In this document: positions 7,946 through 17,675 of the stretch, in pieces | Layout: every line of letters begins with the position of its first letter | Position numbering within the stretch: the first letter of the stretch is position 1 | Virus record (IMG/VR): IMGVR_UViG_3300036944_000329 | Location: 1 to 54,010 of that record | DNA: 54,010 nucleotides | Direction: 5' to 3' (one strand) | Source of the DNA: a virus | Lineage: Duplodnaviria > Caudoviricetes | Translations under genes and position numbers: made by a program | Notes under the pieces: generated by a model | Databases searched by the model: none | The model's input: only the letters and a program-made list of their open reading frames with translations | What the model was told of the DNA's origin: nothing

Positions 7946-8320
7946 ATGTCACTATGTGTATTAGAGGCAATTCATTGGATCACCCTCTGCCTGTATTTGA
8001 TTGTAACGATTAAGGCAATATTGATCCTTCCACATGTTAAGCATTGTCCTCATAAACAGGATATGGGCTGGATTGTGTATGCCTATTTGTTCTGCCTAGT
8101 ATGTATGACAAGTGTGTTTATGTGGCTACAAGTGGATTGGATTGTTGCGAACTATGACCAAGCTGTTGAAACAGAACATGCCTACTTGTGGGCTATATAT
8201 GATGTAACCAACGCTTTTGTCCAGTTCTTCTATCTCCTAGGACTAGAGGTGTGGGTGAAATGGAAGTGTTTAGACAAGCAAGGGAATTATTGTCCAAGAC
8301 GTAGGCGGGATGATCCTTAA
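7946..8320 (+). CDS. Membrane protein
   Basis: Three hydrophobic segments; RBS AGGAG. Confidence 0.6.
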   Translation: MSLCVLEAIHWITLCLYLIVTIKAILILPHVKHCPHKQDMGWIVYAYLFCLVCMTSVFMWLQVDWIVANYDQAVETEHAYLWAIYDVTNAFVQFFYLLGLEVWVKWKCLDKQGNYCPRRRRDDP

Positions 8321-8362
8321 CGGAACGTGATCCCTAACAAGGTATTGCAGGTAGGGAGATTT

Positions 8363-8399
8363 AGGCCAGATGTCCGTATTGGATGTCTGGCCTTTTTTT
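8363..8399 (+). terminator. Rho-independent terminator ending the late module
   Basis: AGGCCAGATGTCC-GTATT-GGATGTCTGGCCT followed by a T run, at the junction of convergent genes. Confidence 0.85.
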
Positions 8400-8412
8400 G
8401 TTTGTCTACACC

Positions 8413-8643
8413 TCACCAATACTTGTTATCACCGTTAGACACTTTCACAAATACCTCCGCTTGACGATCATCTATCCATCTCACATCTAGTGGCAGAATG
8501 AATGCGTCCTTGTGATGAACACTCTTTAAATATCTCAAGCATGTCATCTCTATCTCAGAATCATCCATGCCTGCTACGTCACCAACGAGTATTCGGTATG
8601 TTTCTTCGCGATGTATTACGTTTGACCTTTGAATGTCCATCAC
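8413..8643 (-). CDS. Hypothetical protein
   Basis: ORF tightly packed in the minus-strand operon. Confidence 0.55.
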   Translation of the reverse strand: MMDIQRSNVIHREETYRILVGDVAGMDDSEIEMTCLRYLKSVHHKDAFILPLDVRWIDDRQAEVFVKVSNGDNKYW

Positions 8644-8837
8644 CTCTCCTCCACAAGAAATGTCAGATAGTAGATATTATCATCACTATCAATATCCAGA
8701 CAAGAGATTGTAGCAGAGGGGTACAGAGCCACTAAACGATCAAAACACAACTCCTCTACAACATCTTCGTCTACGTCTGTGACAACCAGTCTGTGTGTCA
8801 GAGATTTGTCGCTAATACTATCATTGATTACTTTCAT
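8640..8837 (-). CDS. Hypothetical protein
   Basis: 4-bp overlaps with neighbours; RBS GGAG. Confidence 0.55.
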   Translation of the reverse strand: MKVINDSISDKSLTHRLVVTDVDEDVVEELCFDRLVALYPSATISCLDIDSDDNIYYLTFLVEER

Positions 8838-9382
8838 ACAGACTCCTCCACAGAATATCGCATCATATGAGGTGTTCTGTCCTCGTACTCAATCCATTCT
8901 ACAATAAACTTTACATTATTGAAGAGGATGTGCTGCTTAATGAACTTTAACGGCCCTTCTCTGGGATGGACACACTCCTCAACAACATCCTCTCCGTATT
9001 TCTCACACAAGCCCTTATCTAGCCCCCACAAGTGATATGACCACTCTTGAAACGGGTAGTGGTGATTATCCAGCACAGGGTAGTATTCGTGCTCATACAT
9101 CCACAAACACCCTTCCCGCAAGTATGTGTCGTCACACATCAATGGGATCATATTGTCATCTTCTTCGTCAACACTTTTGAACGATAGACAGATGTGACCA
9201 CCTTTCCCAAGAGCCTCTTCCAAAGAGTCAGCAATATCACCATACATGTACTCAGCAATACCTTGTTTGGTGTAGTGCTGTTCAAACATACCGAATGATG
9301 ATGTACTGGAGAAGAAGATTATCGGCAACCCATCTTCGGGTATATCATCTAGTGACAATTCATGCAGTGTCAGTGTTTTCAT
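8834..9382 (-). CDS. Hypothetical protein
   Basis: 182 aa; overlapping start/stop. Confidence 0.65.
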   Translation of the reverse strand: MKTLTLHELSLDDIPEDGLPIIFFSSTSSFGMFEQHYTKQGIAEYMYGDIADSLEEALGKGGHICLSFKSVDEEDDNMIPLMCDDTYLREGCLWMYEHEYYPVLDNHHYPFQEWSYHLWGLDKGLCEKYGEDVVEECVHPREGPLKFIKQHILFNNVKFIVEWIEYEDRTPHMMRYSVEESV

Positions 9383-9798
9383 TCCACAATCTCCAATTCA
9401 GACATCTTCTCATAACTCCCGAACACAATATCATGTGGAATCAGCACCCACAAGTATTCATGCTTTAATGGAATCACCTTAGTAGTGTAGTATTTGTCAC
9501 ACTCCAACACAAGGTCTAGCTTCCACCAATCAGGATGGTTGTAATATGTATCAAGATCACAATCATCTGGATCCAAATAGTTTTCACCATCCCAGATTAT
9601 AGGCATGAAAGAGAGTCCTTGTCCTTTGTAATCCTTAGTGTTAGCCGACCATTCACCATCAATGTAATAATACTTGTCTTTTACAGTGAATCTTACAACG
9701 ATAATGCCATCAGGATGTTCTCGGCAGGATACTGTCTTGATAATATCACTGTAAGATATTGGTGTATTATGTACGAATCTATGTATGTGTAGCTTCAT
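9379..9798 (-). CDS. Hypothetical protein
   Basis: 139 aa; RBS AGGAGG. Confidence 0.65.
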   Translation of the reverse strand: MKLHIHRFVHNTPISYSDIIKTVSCREHPDGIIVVRFTVKDKYYYIDGEWSANTKDYKGQGLSFMPIIWDGENYLDPDDCDLDTYYNHPDWWKLDLVLECDKYYTTKVIPLKHEYLWVLIPHDIVFGSYEKMSELEIVE

Positions 9799-9843
9799 GT
9801 TTCCTCCTAAGTGTTTGGTTCAGACATCTGTAGTGTAGTCTTG

Positions 9844-10314
9844 TCAACTGTCTTTCAGCTTGAATCCAAACATAGTGCGTTCTGTATGCCCTAACGGATG
9901 TTCTCCCTGTTCCCACCAATCAGACATCTCAACAACACCACTCTTGTCGGAGAACACCTTAGCGTGACACATCCCTTTGCTAAGATTGTTCTTGTTGCAA
10001 TAGCGTTCAAGAGCATCTGTCAGCTCAAGTAGTGTATCTAGGTGCATCTCACCAAGTTCTAGCTGGCAATGTCCGTTGTATTCGTTGTCCTTGGACACAA
10101 TCATGTTGATCATGATGTCACCAAGAGCTGTGTTGGTGTTCTTGTCACCTTGATGCTTGAATGGTGTTGTCTTGACAATCTTAACAACATCGAATGAATC
10201 GCAGATGTGCTTTTCAGCATAATAAGCAGTGGATGCTACAATGTTTGAAGAACATCGTTCCCATTCACCTGCATCTTCATTTAGGACATCATACACGACA
10301 TTATATGTGTTCAT
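9844..10314 (-). CDS. Hypothetical protein
   Basis: 156 aa; RBS AAGGAGG. Confidence 0.6.
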   Translation of the reverse strand: MNTYNVVYDVLNEDAGEWERCSSNIVASTAYYAEKHICDSFDVVKIVKTTPFKHQGDKNTNTALGDIMINMIVSKDNEYNGHCQLELGEMHLDTLLELTDALERYCNKNNLSKGMCHAKVFSDKSGVVEMSDWWEQGEHPLGHTERTMFGFKLKDS

Positions 10315-10326
10315 TCGACACCCTCC

Positions 10327-10938
10327 TTATAAAAATCTTGTACATAATGCCTGAGCAATACGAGCATCTGTAACATATTCTGAATCAGCTAATTGACAAG
10401 CTAATTCGTGTTTTCGTTTTTTCCAAACTAAATGAGCTTGGTTAGGGTCGTTGAATAGACCTAGATATTCTCGTTTACCAGTGAAGGGGTTGCGGCATCG
10501 AGCCTGAAATTTACCTTTATAGGAGCTAACGCCTAGCGGGAATTCTCCACGAGCATTGCCGCTATCATTCAAAAAAGTATTCACAATAGATGTAACGAAT
10601 ACGCAAGTATCTGGCCCGTATTCTTTATTACCTACAACTAACAAGTCTTTATCTAGTTGTTTGTTCTCCCAAGATTGGGACTCCATCCAGCACTTGAAGT
10701 TTGAGAATGTTAACCATTCTTCACAAACAGAGCAGCCAATATAAGTAGGTTGCTTTTCATGGTACTTTTCAGAGTAACACCGTTTTAGCATATGGCACCA
10801 TCTAGCATAATACGGGCATACCCATACCATTTTCCGTTTACCATCCACATTTTCATACAAAGTCACATTGTAATTGGCATCATTTAAACCCACACCCTGT
10901 ACTAACTTATTCGTTGATCTTATTTTAATACCTATCAT
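10327..10938 (-). CDS. Free-standing HNH-like homing endonuclease (paralogue 1 of 3)
   Basis: W..ML.RCY...Y.GCSVC.EW..FSNF...LDKD...GNK.Y.P.TC.FV...VN, with an AP2-like C-terminus (.YLG.F....AH..W). Confidence 0.75.
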   Translation of the reverse strand: MIGIKIRSTNKLVQGVGLNDANYNVTLYENVDGKRKMVWVCPYYARWCHMLKRCYSEKYHEKQPTYIGCSVCEEWLTFSNFKCWMESQSWENKQLDKDLLVVGNKEYGPDTCVFVTSIVNTFLNDSGNARGEFPLGVSSYKGKFQARCRNPFTGKREYLGLFNDPNQAHLVWKKRKHELACQLADSEYVTDARIAQALCTRFL

Positions 10939-11189
10939 ACCAAATCCTCTTCAACAAGGTAGTCGCACAGTTCAGTATAACCACCAATGTATTCATTCCC
11001 GTACACAATCTGTGGCACTGTCTTAACCTCGACATTATCATTAACTAAACTAATGGTATCAATCAACTCAACCTTAGTTATATGCTCCCCAACCGAATAG
11101 TATTGATACGGGATGTTGTTGTCCTGAAGAATCTGGACAGCCTTAGTGCAGAACGGACAATCTGGTTTACCATATACTTTGAATAGCAT
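10935..11189 (-). CDS. Glutaredoxin
   Basis: CPFC active site, TVPQI and IGGY.EL. Confidence 0.9.
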   Translation of the reverse strand: MLFKVYGKPDCPFCTKAVQILQDNNIPYQYYSVGEHITKVELIDTISLVNDNVEVKTVPQIVYGNEYIGGYTELCDYLVEEDLV

Positions 11190-11192
11190 ATA

Positions 11193-11378
11193 TTATTCCT
11201 CCTTACAATTAGCAATACTTTTCAGATCAATCACAACAAGCACGTTCTCTTCATATACAGAATGAGTGATCATCAGATGCCTGAGATCAAGTTCTGATTC
11301 AATCACTCTTGCAACAACTGGTTGTGGACAGTGTTCTAGCCAGTCTTCTAATGGTGTTTCCACAATCATTCCTCCCAA
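11193..11378 (-). CDS. Hypothetical protein
   Basis: Packed in the operon. Confidence 0.45.
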   Translation of the reverse strand: MGGMIVETPLEDWLEHCPQPVVARVIESELDLRHLMITHSVYEENVLVVIDLKSIANCKEE

Positions 11379-11617
11379 ATAAATTCATCGTTAATTGTAA
11401 TCAGATAACACTTCTTCCATAGCTGAACAGACACAAATATAGAAGGTGTATCCAGACTAACATTCATGTTCAGACCAAAGCTGCGATCACAGACATCGTA
11501 CACACCTAATGTGAGCAATGCTTTGTTGCCGTAGATACCTAGCCCATACTCTCGGTAAGAACCTCGATCATGTATGCTTTTGGCGAATAGTTTGTCAAAG
11601 AACATCATTGTCACCAT
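11366..11617 (-). CDS. Hypothetical protein
   Basis: Packed in the operon. Confidence 0.5.
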   Translation of the reverse strand: MVTMMFFDKLFAKSIHDRGSYREYGLGIYGNKALLTLGVYDVCDRSFGLNMNVSLDTPSIFVSVQLWKKCYLITINDEFIWEE

Positions 11618-11945
11618 TCATCATCAGGAATACGATCATAGCTGCACGGAGAGGGTTCTCATCTGTGTAAATGTATTCATCATACTCTGCTATAGGCAAC
11701 ACACCGTACTGAAAATCGATATTGATCTTATTTTCAACGATTATAGGCCAAGCGTCTGCTGGGTTGTCGCAGTAGTCCTTTAGTTCTATTTTGTAAAAAG
11801 CATCTCCAACAGGCCCACAGTCGTACAGATATGTACCGCAATTAGATAGCGACCAATAATCAACGACATCCCCGTACAGAACTCTCAAGACTTCGGTGTT
11901 AATATCCTCATCACTCATTTGTTCGTATTTGTCCATCATCCACAC
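11595..11945 (-). CDS. NinX-like (DUF2591) protein
   Basis: DYC.NPADAWPII.ENKI.I and NPLRAAMIVFL motifs. Confidence 0.8.
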   Translation of the reverse strand: MWMMDKYEQMSDEDINTEVLRVLYGDVVDYWSLSNCGTYLYDCGPVGDAFYKIELKDYCDNPADAWPIIVENKINIDFQYGVLPIAEYDEYIYTDENPLRAAMIVFLMMNGDNDVL

Positions 11946-12142
11946 TCCTTATCAAAATCACTCTTCAAAGTGGCTTTGGTCAGATCATCTAGTCTAATCC
12001 AATGTAGCTGGTCTTTCAACAAGTGTTTCTCGTCCTCAATGTCACCAATACGTTCTTGCTGGGTGATACAGACACCAGCTAAGTATAGGACTAAGATGAC
12101 CAAGAAGACAAGTAGTGATGTCATTACAATGTTATATGGCAT
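11936..12142 (-). CDS. Small membrane-anchored protein
   Basis: N-terminal TM helix plus coiled coil. Confidence 0.5.
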   Translation of the reverse strand: MPYNIVMTSLLVFLVILVLYLAGVCITQQERIGDIEDEKHLLKDQLHWIRLDDLTKATLKSDFDKECG

Positions 12143-12143
12143 A

Positions 12144-12455
12144 CTATTCCCTCTCATACATATCGGCTGAAGTGCATTGCCAGATGTTATGAATGAATTG
12201 CTCTAACCAAGCAACATCCTTTACACATTCAATCTTAACATCCATGAATTCATCTCGTCCAGACTCTTTGTATTGGAATTGTGCATCCGCAGTGTAGCTG
12301 TTCATTTCACGATACCAATAAATGTTGATGAAATACATCCTGTTGTGTTGATCATCACGAATACACTTCTGGTAAGCCTTACTCGCATACTCTGGACAGA
12401 ATGGTGATTTAGGGAATTCTTTGTAACCATTATCAATAAGGGTTTGTTCGTTCAT
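12144..12455 (-). CDS. Hypothetical protein
   Basis: RBS AGGAGG; 103 aa. Confidence 0.6.
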   Translation of the reverse strand: MNEQTLIDNGYKEFPKSPFCPEYASKAYQKCIRDDQHNRMYFINIYWYREMNSYTADAQFQYKESGRDEFMDVKIECVKDVAWLEQFIHNIWQCTSADMYERE

Positions 12456-12456
12456 A

Positions 12457-12876
12457 TCAACCTCCTACAAATTCTTTAGCCACACCAACATCTGTGGTGT
12501 AGATTATCTCTTTCACGCCAGCATCTGCTAAAGCTCGCATACAGATGCGACATGGCCTACACATCTTAACATCACCATCTAGTCCACGTCTAAACACGTA
12601 CACAGAAGCTCCTGTCAGATCCACCCCTTTAGATTTAGCCTCTACGATAGCAGTCATTTCAGCGTGCAGGTAGATGGCGTCAGGCTTCCCTACAAGTGAT
12701 GCGTAATGATGTTGTAGAGGGTGGGTTTTGGTTAGCGTGTTGTAGCCAGAGGCAACCAATCTACGATTTTGTGCAATGACACAGCCGATATGGAATCTGT
12801 AGTGGTCTGATTGCTTAGACTCCTTTTCGGCTAGATGTAGGAAACGATTGTCTCTGGCTGAAAGCATTCTAATCAA
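12457..12876 (-). CDS. Cytidine/dCMP deaminase-family protein
   Basis: HAE and RPC..C zinc motifs; IGCVI.....ASGYN. Confidence 0.85.
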   Translation of the reverse strand: MIRMLSARDNRFLHLAEKESKQSDHYRFHIGCVIAQNRRLVASGYNTLTKTHPLQHHYASLVGKPDAIYLHAEMTAIVEAKSKGVDLTGASVYVFRRGLDGDVKMCRPCRICMRALADAGVKEIIYTTDVGVAKEFVGG

Positions 12877-13139
12877 GCCTCCACATCAATATGCAATTCA
12901 TTCACAATACGTTCACGAAGATTCTGTTCACGTTCGTAGATGGTGTTGTGCAGAATGTTCATTAGCATTTTTGTCTCAAGAGGTGTTAGTTCAAGTTGGT
13001 CGTGAAAGCCATCTTTAGCAACACGTACAGTGACAACACTATCTGGTGAGAGATTGTTGGCAACATCGTTCACGGCACGGATACGATCTGTGCATTCACG
13101 CCAATTTTTGATCAGACGTTCAGCTTCGGTTAGGTTCAT
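12873..13139 (-). CDS. Hypothetical protein
   Basis: Start MNLTE with RBS AGGAG, downstream of a promoter. Confidence 0.6.
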   Translation of the reverse strand: MNLTEAERLIKNWRECTDRIRAVNDVANNLSPDSVVTVRVAKDGFHDQLELTPLETKMLMNILHNTIYEREQNLRERIVNELHIDVEA

Positions 13140-13172
13140 TTGGGATTCTCCTGTCTCAATTGATTTAGACAT

Positions 13173-13201
13173 AGTGTAGGGGATGGATTGGTCTGGGTCA
13201 A
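13173..13201 (-). promoter_or_regulatory. Sigma70-like promoter
   Basis: TTGACC-N17-TACACT on the minus strand. Confidence 0.65.
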
Positions 13202-13294
13202 GGGGTTTGTGCAGATTATTTCTCCCATAGCTCTCCCTTGAATTACGGGCAAAAGAAAGCCCAGAAATCCTAGGGAGGAAGTCTGGGCGGGAGG

Positions 13295-14386
13295 TTAGAA
13301 GTCGAATTCTTCGTCAACACCATCGCTGTCTACATTGCCAATCAAGTAGGAGATATTCTGAATCTCTTGGTTAGCACCTTGTACTAGATTTCGGTCAATA
13401 TATTTGTCCACGAATGGTAGTGGGTTCTGACTCACCACAGGATATTCCCAATCAAGACCCAAGTAATCAAAGACTGGTTTTGCTATATGATACACGTAGT
13501 CCTTCAACAAGGGTTCATTCAGACCAAGTACCTTACGACCTTCACTGAACACGTATTCAGACCATTTTAGCTCTTGATCGACAATTGCTGTAAATATAGC
13601 GCCAATCTCATCTTTGATCTCAACGTACTCTTTACGATAACCCTCCCTATTAAACATGGCATCAAACACCTTACGATCCCCCTCAGCGTGGAGTAGTTCA
13701 TCGGCACAGATGAGTGATACCAGTTTACCAATGCCCTGATATCGACCTGTCTCAGCCAGTGCAAACGTGCAAGCAAATGATGCCATGAATGAGATTGCCT
13801 CTAGTCCATACAAGACAGCCATATTTTTCAGGATTTGTTTACGCACAACACCTTCGTCAACAATATCACCTTGCGACCATTTTACCCCGATTTCATAAGT
13901 ATCGTTAAACACCTTACCAATAATACCAGTCCTATACTGAACCATCACATCATTCTTGCCTTTCTCAAGTACAGCATTGCTGTCTACAAAACAATTGCGG
14001 ATGATGTGGGAATATGTGCGAGCGTGAATCACCTCAAACATTGACTGGATTGATAACCACTCATGCAGTTCAGTGTTGCTGATAAATGGGCTAAAGGTCT
14101 CAAGGATACCTCTGGAAGCTGTGGCATCAAGTAGCCACTGAGCCAGCAGATTGAGCACCATAACATCCTTCTCGCTATCAGGTGCCTCCGCCAAGTCCAG
14201 CCTGTCTTGTGACAGAGTGACTTCTGATTCAGTCCAGTATTGGGCACGTTGAGATAGATACATCTCCTCAATCTCTGGATAGGTCACATTGATCGTATCT
14301 GAGAACCCAAGATCATCGCCAAGAAACAAAGGGTAGTTTCCTGATCGGTTGTTGTTGTTACTAACATTCATCAGGTTTTTTGACAT
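13295..14386 (-). CDS. nrdB: Class Ia ribonucleotide reductase beta subunit
   Basis: W...EV, E.IH.RTY, E.I.F..SF, I..DE.LH and ANQE....SY. Probable start MSKNL with RBS GGAGG. Confidence 0.95.
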   Translation of the reverse strand: MSKNLMNVSNNNNRSGNYPLFLGDDLGFSDTINVTYPEIEEMYLSQRAQYWTESEVTLSQDRLDLAEAPDSEKDVMVLNLLAQWLLDATASRGILETFSPFISNTELHEWLSIQSMFEVIHARTYSHIIRNCFVDSNAVLEKGKNDVMVQYRTGIIGKVFNDTYEIGVKWSQGDIVDEGVVRKQILKNMAVLYGLEAISFMASFACTFALAETGRYQGIGKLVSLICADELLHAEGDRKVFDAMFNREGYRKEYVEIKDEIGAIFTAIVDQELKWSEYVFSEGRKVLGLNEPLLKDYVYHIAKPVFDYLGLDWEYPVVSQNPLPFVDKYIDRNLVQGANQEIQNISYLIGNVDSDGVDEEFDF

Positions 14387-14436
14387 ATTACCTCCATAAA
14401 AGAATAAGGGAGTCACTAAGGACTCCCGTTATCATA

Positions 14437-15390
14437 TCACAATGTACAGCTTTCACAAGCAGCTTCTTCTACTTCTCGAACAGTATCTGAATCGTCCTTA
14501 CTAGGCATTCTGAAGTTGTGATAATACCAAGTCTTCATCCCAAGTTTAGCGGCTAGGAAGATAGACTTCATCATCTCTGCATCAGAAAATGGGCCTTTGT
14601 TATAGTCATGGTAGAAGTCAGCGCTAATCCCCTGACTGCACCATTTCTGCACAATCGCATACACTTTAACCATATCTTCTGAAGCGACATCCCAAGCATA
14701 TTGGTACTTAACAGTGTCCATATCAGGTGCCCGGAAGTAAACGCTACCCTTGCGGGAGTTCTTATATATTTCTAGGTCACGCACTGGATAGAGACTATTC
14801 GTGCTACCTGTTACGAGAGAACTACTCTCACACGGCATGTAGCTCTCTAATACACTGAACCGAACACCGTGTTCCAGAATGTCCTTCCTGAGACTTTCCC
14901 AATCGTAAACATTGTCTTGTGAATGATACATATCTACAGTTTTGGTGTATGTGTCAGAAGGAATCCATCCCTCTGCGTATTTGGTACGATCCATGTACTC
15001 ACACTTACCCTTCTCCTTTGCCAGACGAACAGACGCTTTATGTAAGAAGTAGGAGTGTCGTTCAGCAAGTCTGTGAAGTGCGTTACGTCCTTCCTCTGTA
15101 TCGTAGCGGTAGCCATTCTTAGCCATCCAGTGAGCTACGTTAGTCATACCTACACCAATTGACCGATACCCTTTCGCTGTGGCCTCCATACTCTCGAATG
15201 GGTACTTCGTATCATCAATTGTGTTGTCAATAATCTTGCAAAGTGTGTAAGCAAGATCTTCATACTCCGCATCAGTGTAATCGTCCACTACGATACTGCC
15301 CAAAAAACACAGTGCGATTGTCCCGTCTGCATTCTCCTTGTAAAGCTCTCTTGGACTTGAGAACGGTTTAGTCGGTAGCAACACCTCTTG
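14437..15390 (-). CDS. nrdA: Ribonucleotide reductase alpha subunit, exon 2
   Basis: Begins QEVLLPT; contains RSIGVG, MP.ESSS, QGISAD, KTWYY and a C-terminal CESCTL. Confidence 0.93.
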   Translation of the reverse strand, partial: QEVLLPTKPFSSPRELYKENADGTIALCFLGSIVVDDYTDAEYEDLAYTLCKIIDNTIDDTKYPFESMEATAKGYRSIGVGMTNVAHWMAKNGYRYDTEEGRNALHRLAERHSYFLHKASVRLAKEKGKCEYMDRTKYAEGWIPSDTYTKTVDMYHSQDNVYDWESLRKDILEHGVRFSVLESYMPCESSSLVTGSTNSLYPVRDLEIYKNSRKGSVYFRAPDMDTVKYQYAWDVASEDMVKVYAIVQKWCSQGISADFYHDYNKGPFSDAEMMKSIFLAAKLGMKTWYYHNFRMPSKDDSDTVREVEEAACESCTL

Positions 15391-15618
15391 CGAGGAACCT
15401 AATGCTTTCGCACTAGCTCGGACTATATCACCATCCCATAAGGATGCCGGACGCTAATCTTGTCTTACGATCTACGCTTAGATCACCAAGTAGTCTCTAC
15501 ACCTTCCTGACAAGATCGTGTCAGGCTTGGCTCGGTATTGCCATCACCATTACGTGTTAAGGTTTCACCGAATTCATCCGGTTATTCGAGATACATTGCT
15601 GTATCAAGCTGCCAATTG
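15391..15618 (-). ncRNA. Group I self-splicing intron (228 nt, no internal endonuclease)
   Basis: 5' exon ends in U (TGT, Cys) and the intron ends in G. P1 CUGUC-AAUU-GGCAG has a U.G pair at the splice site. Core elements GAAUUCGGUGAAACC, GGCAAUACCGAGCCAAGC, GAAGGUGUAGAGACU and GAUAUAGUCC are present. Splicing restores SNLC-QEV. Confidence 0.93.
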
Positions 15619-16881
15619 ACAGAGGTTGCTCAACCTAATTTCCTCTTTGAACGGAGTGTGCTTGTTCACATTATTAATGAATGTGATGTAGTTACGCCCA
15701 GTGTCCCTACGGGCTTCTACGAGCTGCTTCAGGATACCACGAGCATCTACCACTTTCTTCTTAACGTCACTAGCCAGCACACGTTCATATTCTTTCTCAA
15801 AAGCACCTTCATCTTCGCTGTAGAACAGCTCCCACAACTTAGGTGCGTAATAGGGACTGACGCACATCCAAGGTTCTTTCTTAGCTGCTTTCTTCAAGAA
15901 CAGGTTATTGACCGCAATCGAATAGTCTAACGTATCAATCCGGTAGTTCTCTGGTGTACGTTGTTGCTTCATTGTAAGCAGTGCATCAACTTCAGGGTCA
16001 AGAACCGTATAGGTCACTGTACTAGAGCCACCACGAGTCACCTGAGAGTTTGCTGCAACAGCACTGGCAATGTGCTTATAGTATGAATGCTTACCAGAAT
16101 GAGTCACCATACCCCCCTTAACAGGGTCTTTAGGTGCTCGTGTAGTCAATTCAATACCAATACCACTACGCTGTGCTGTCAGCTTGTATGCTACATCAAT
16201 CGCTGCCTGAATACTATCTACAGTGTCCCCTCCGCTCATAACCGCACAACTGGGGGAGGATTCTAGCAGAGTACGGCTTCCGTTTAGCGTTGGTGTGGGC
16301 AAGTTTAACTTCAGGTTACTCAGCTTTTGGTACGCACTAATAACTTCTTGCAAACGATTGTCTTCGTTACGCATTTGGTTCATAGCGACACCCATAAATA
16401 ACATCTGAGGAGACTCTACGACACCTTCTGACATATTCACTAGGTACTTATCGTATAGTTGTTTCAATGTCGCGTATGTGTAAGTGAAATCCTTAGTGTG
16501 GTCAATTACGTTGTCAAGTTCAACCAGTTCGTAATCTGTATAGCCCATATCAACCCACCAACCATTCTCAACAGCTTCTTCATAGAAGTCTTTAAGGGAT
16601 GGGATTGAAAAGCACTTATATGCCTCCTTATAAATGTGTCCAACAAGCAGTCTAGCTGCCATTCGTGTATGCCCGTCTGTCCGTTTGGACAAGCAAGAGT
16701 TAATGAGTGCATTGTGCAGATCTACTGTTGTACAACGCTCAGACAGACCACGAACAGCATTGAATACAACAGATGACCAATCAACACCGCATTCCTCAGA
16801 TGCCCAGCTAGACCATTTGTTCAGGTTGTCTACGTCAAACTCTGCAACAGAACCATCTCGTTTAATAATCTCTTTAATCAT
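15619..16881 (-). CDS. nrdA: Ribonucleotide reductase alpha subunit, exon 1
   Basis: ATP-cone-like start (IIKRDG...FD), ESPQ, LPTP, SC, GIG and RGG; ends SNLC. Confidence 0.93.
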
Positions 16882-17651
16882 TAAATTGTTTCTCCTTTAC
16901 CATCACTATACTCCTCATAAGCATCATTCACGATCTGCACAATTTCAGACCGCATGTTATATTTATTACTAAATCTGTAGAATGCAAGATTATCTTCCCA
17001 CACGTCTTTCCGAACACAACCCAATTCATCAAAGAACACCTTAACTGCGGCAGCAAGTCCATTACGGCGACCGTCCGTTGTATACATTTGCGTACTATCC
17101 CCCTCAACACAGCATGTGGAGTTACGCCCAATACGTTCAAGTAGCATCTTCAAGATCATTGGTGGCATCTGTTGCGCCTCTGTGATTAAGATGAGGCTGT
17201 CATGCAGTGACCGCCCGATTGCATAGTTACTTGGCATAAAGTGGATTCGCTTGTTCAAATCACATTCTACCTTACCTTTACTCAAAAGCTCCTCAAGGAT
17301 GTCTCGATAGGCTATGAAGTGAGGCTCCAGCTTCTCATCGAGGCCATTCGGAAGACTGCCAATTTTATCTGGGCCAACCTCAACAGGTTGACGGATAATA
17401 ACAATCTGCTTGTACTTATCTTTAAGATATTGCTCAATATAAGTGTAGAGGATTGAACTACTCTTCCCAACGCCTGCCTTAGAATCGACAAACACGATGT
17501 CCTTTTCGTACAGAAGTTTTCGTAACTCTTGCTGCTCATCATTCAACACCCACTCGTTGATACCGTACATATCCCCGCCGTAACTATGACGTGGGTCTAC
17601 GTTGTCTGCTTGCTTACGCTTACGAGTCATACGATCTTTCTGTCCAGCCAT
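16881..17651 (-). CDS. phoH: PhoH-like protein
   Basis: AG.GKS, IG.LP...EK..P, GRS, EAQ, RIG..S.....GD..Q and RS.IV motifs. Confidence 0.85.
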   Translation of the reverse strand: MAGQKDRMTRKRKQADNVDPRHSYGGDMYGINEWVLNDEQQELRKLLYEKDIVFVDSKAGVGKSSSILYTYIEQYLKDKYKQIVIIRQPVEVGPDKIGSLPNGLDEKLEPHFIAYRDILEELLSKGKVECDLNKRIHFMPSNYAIGRSLHDSLILITEAQQMPPMILKMLLERIGRNSTCCVEGDSTQMYTTDGRRNGLAAAVKVFFDELGCVRKDVWEDNLAFYRFSNKYNMRSEIVQIVNDAYEEYSDGKGETI

Positions 17652-17675
17652 ACCCTACATCTCCTTCTGTCTTAG

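Noticed and set aside
15385-15618. Frameshifted or pseudogenised nrdA
   Set aside because: The gap has clear group I intron elements, and its removal restores the frame and the catalytic motif.
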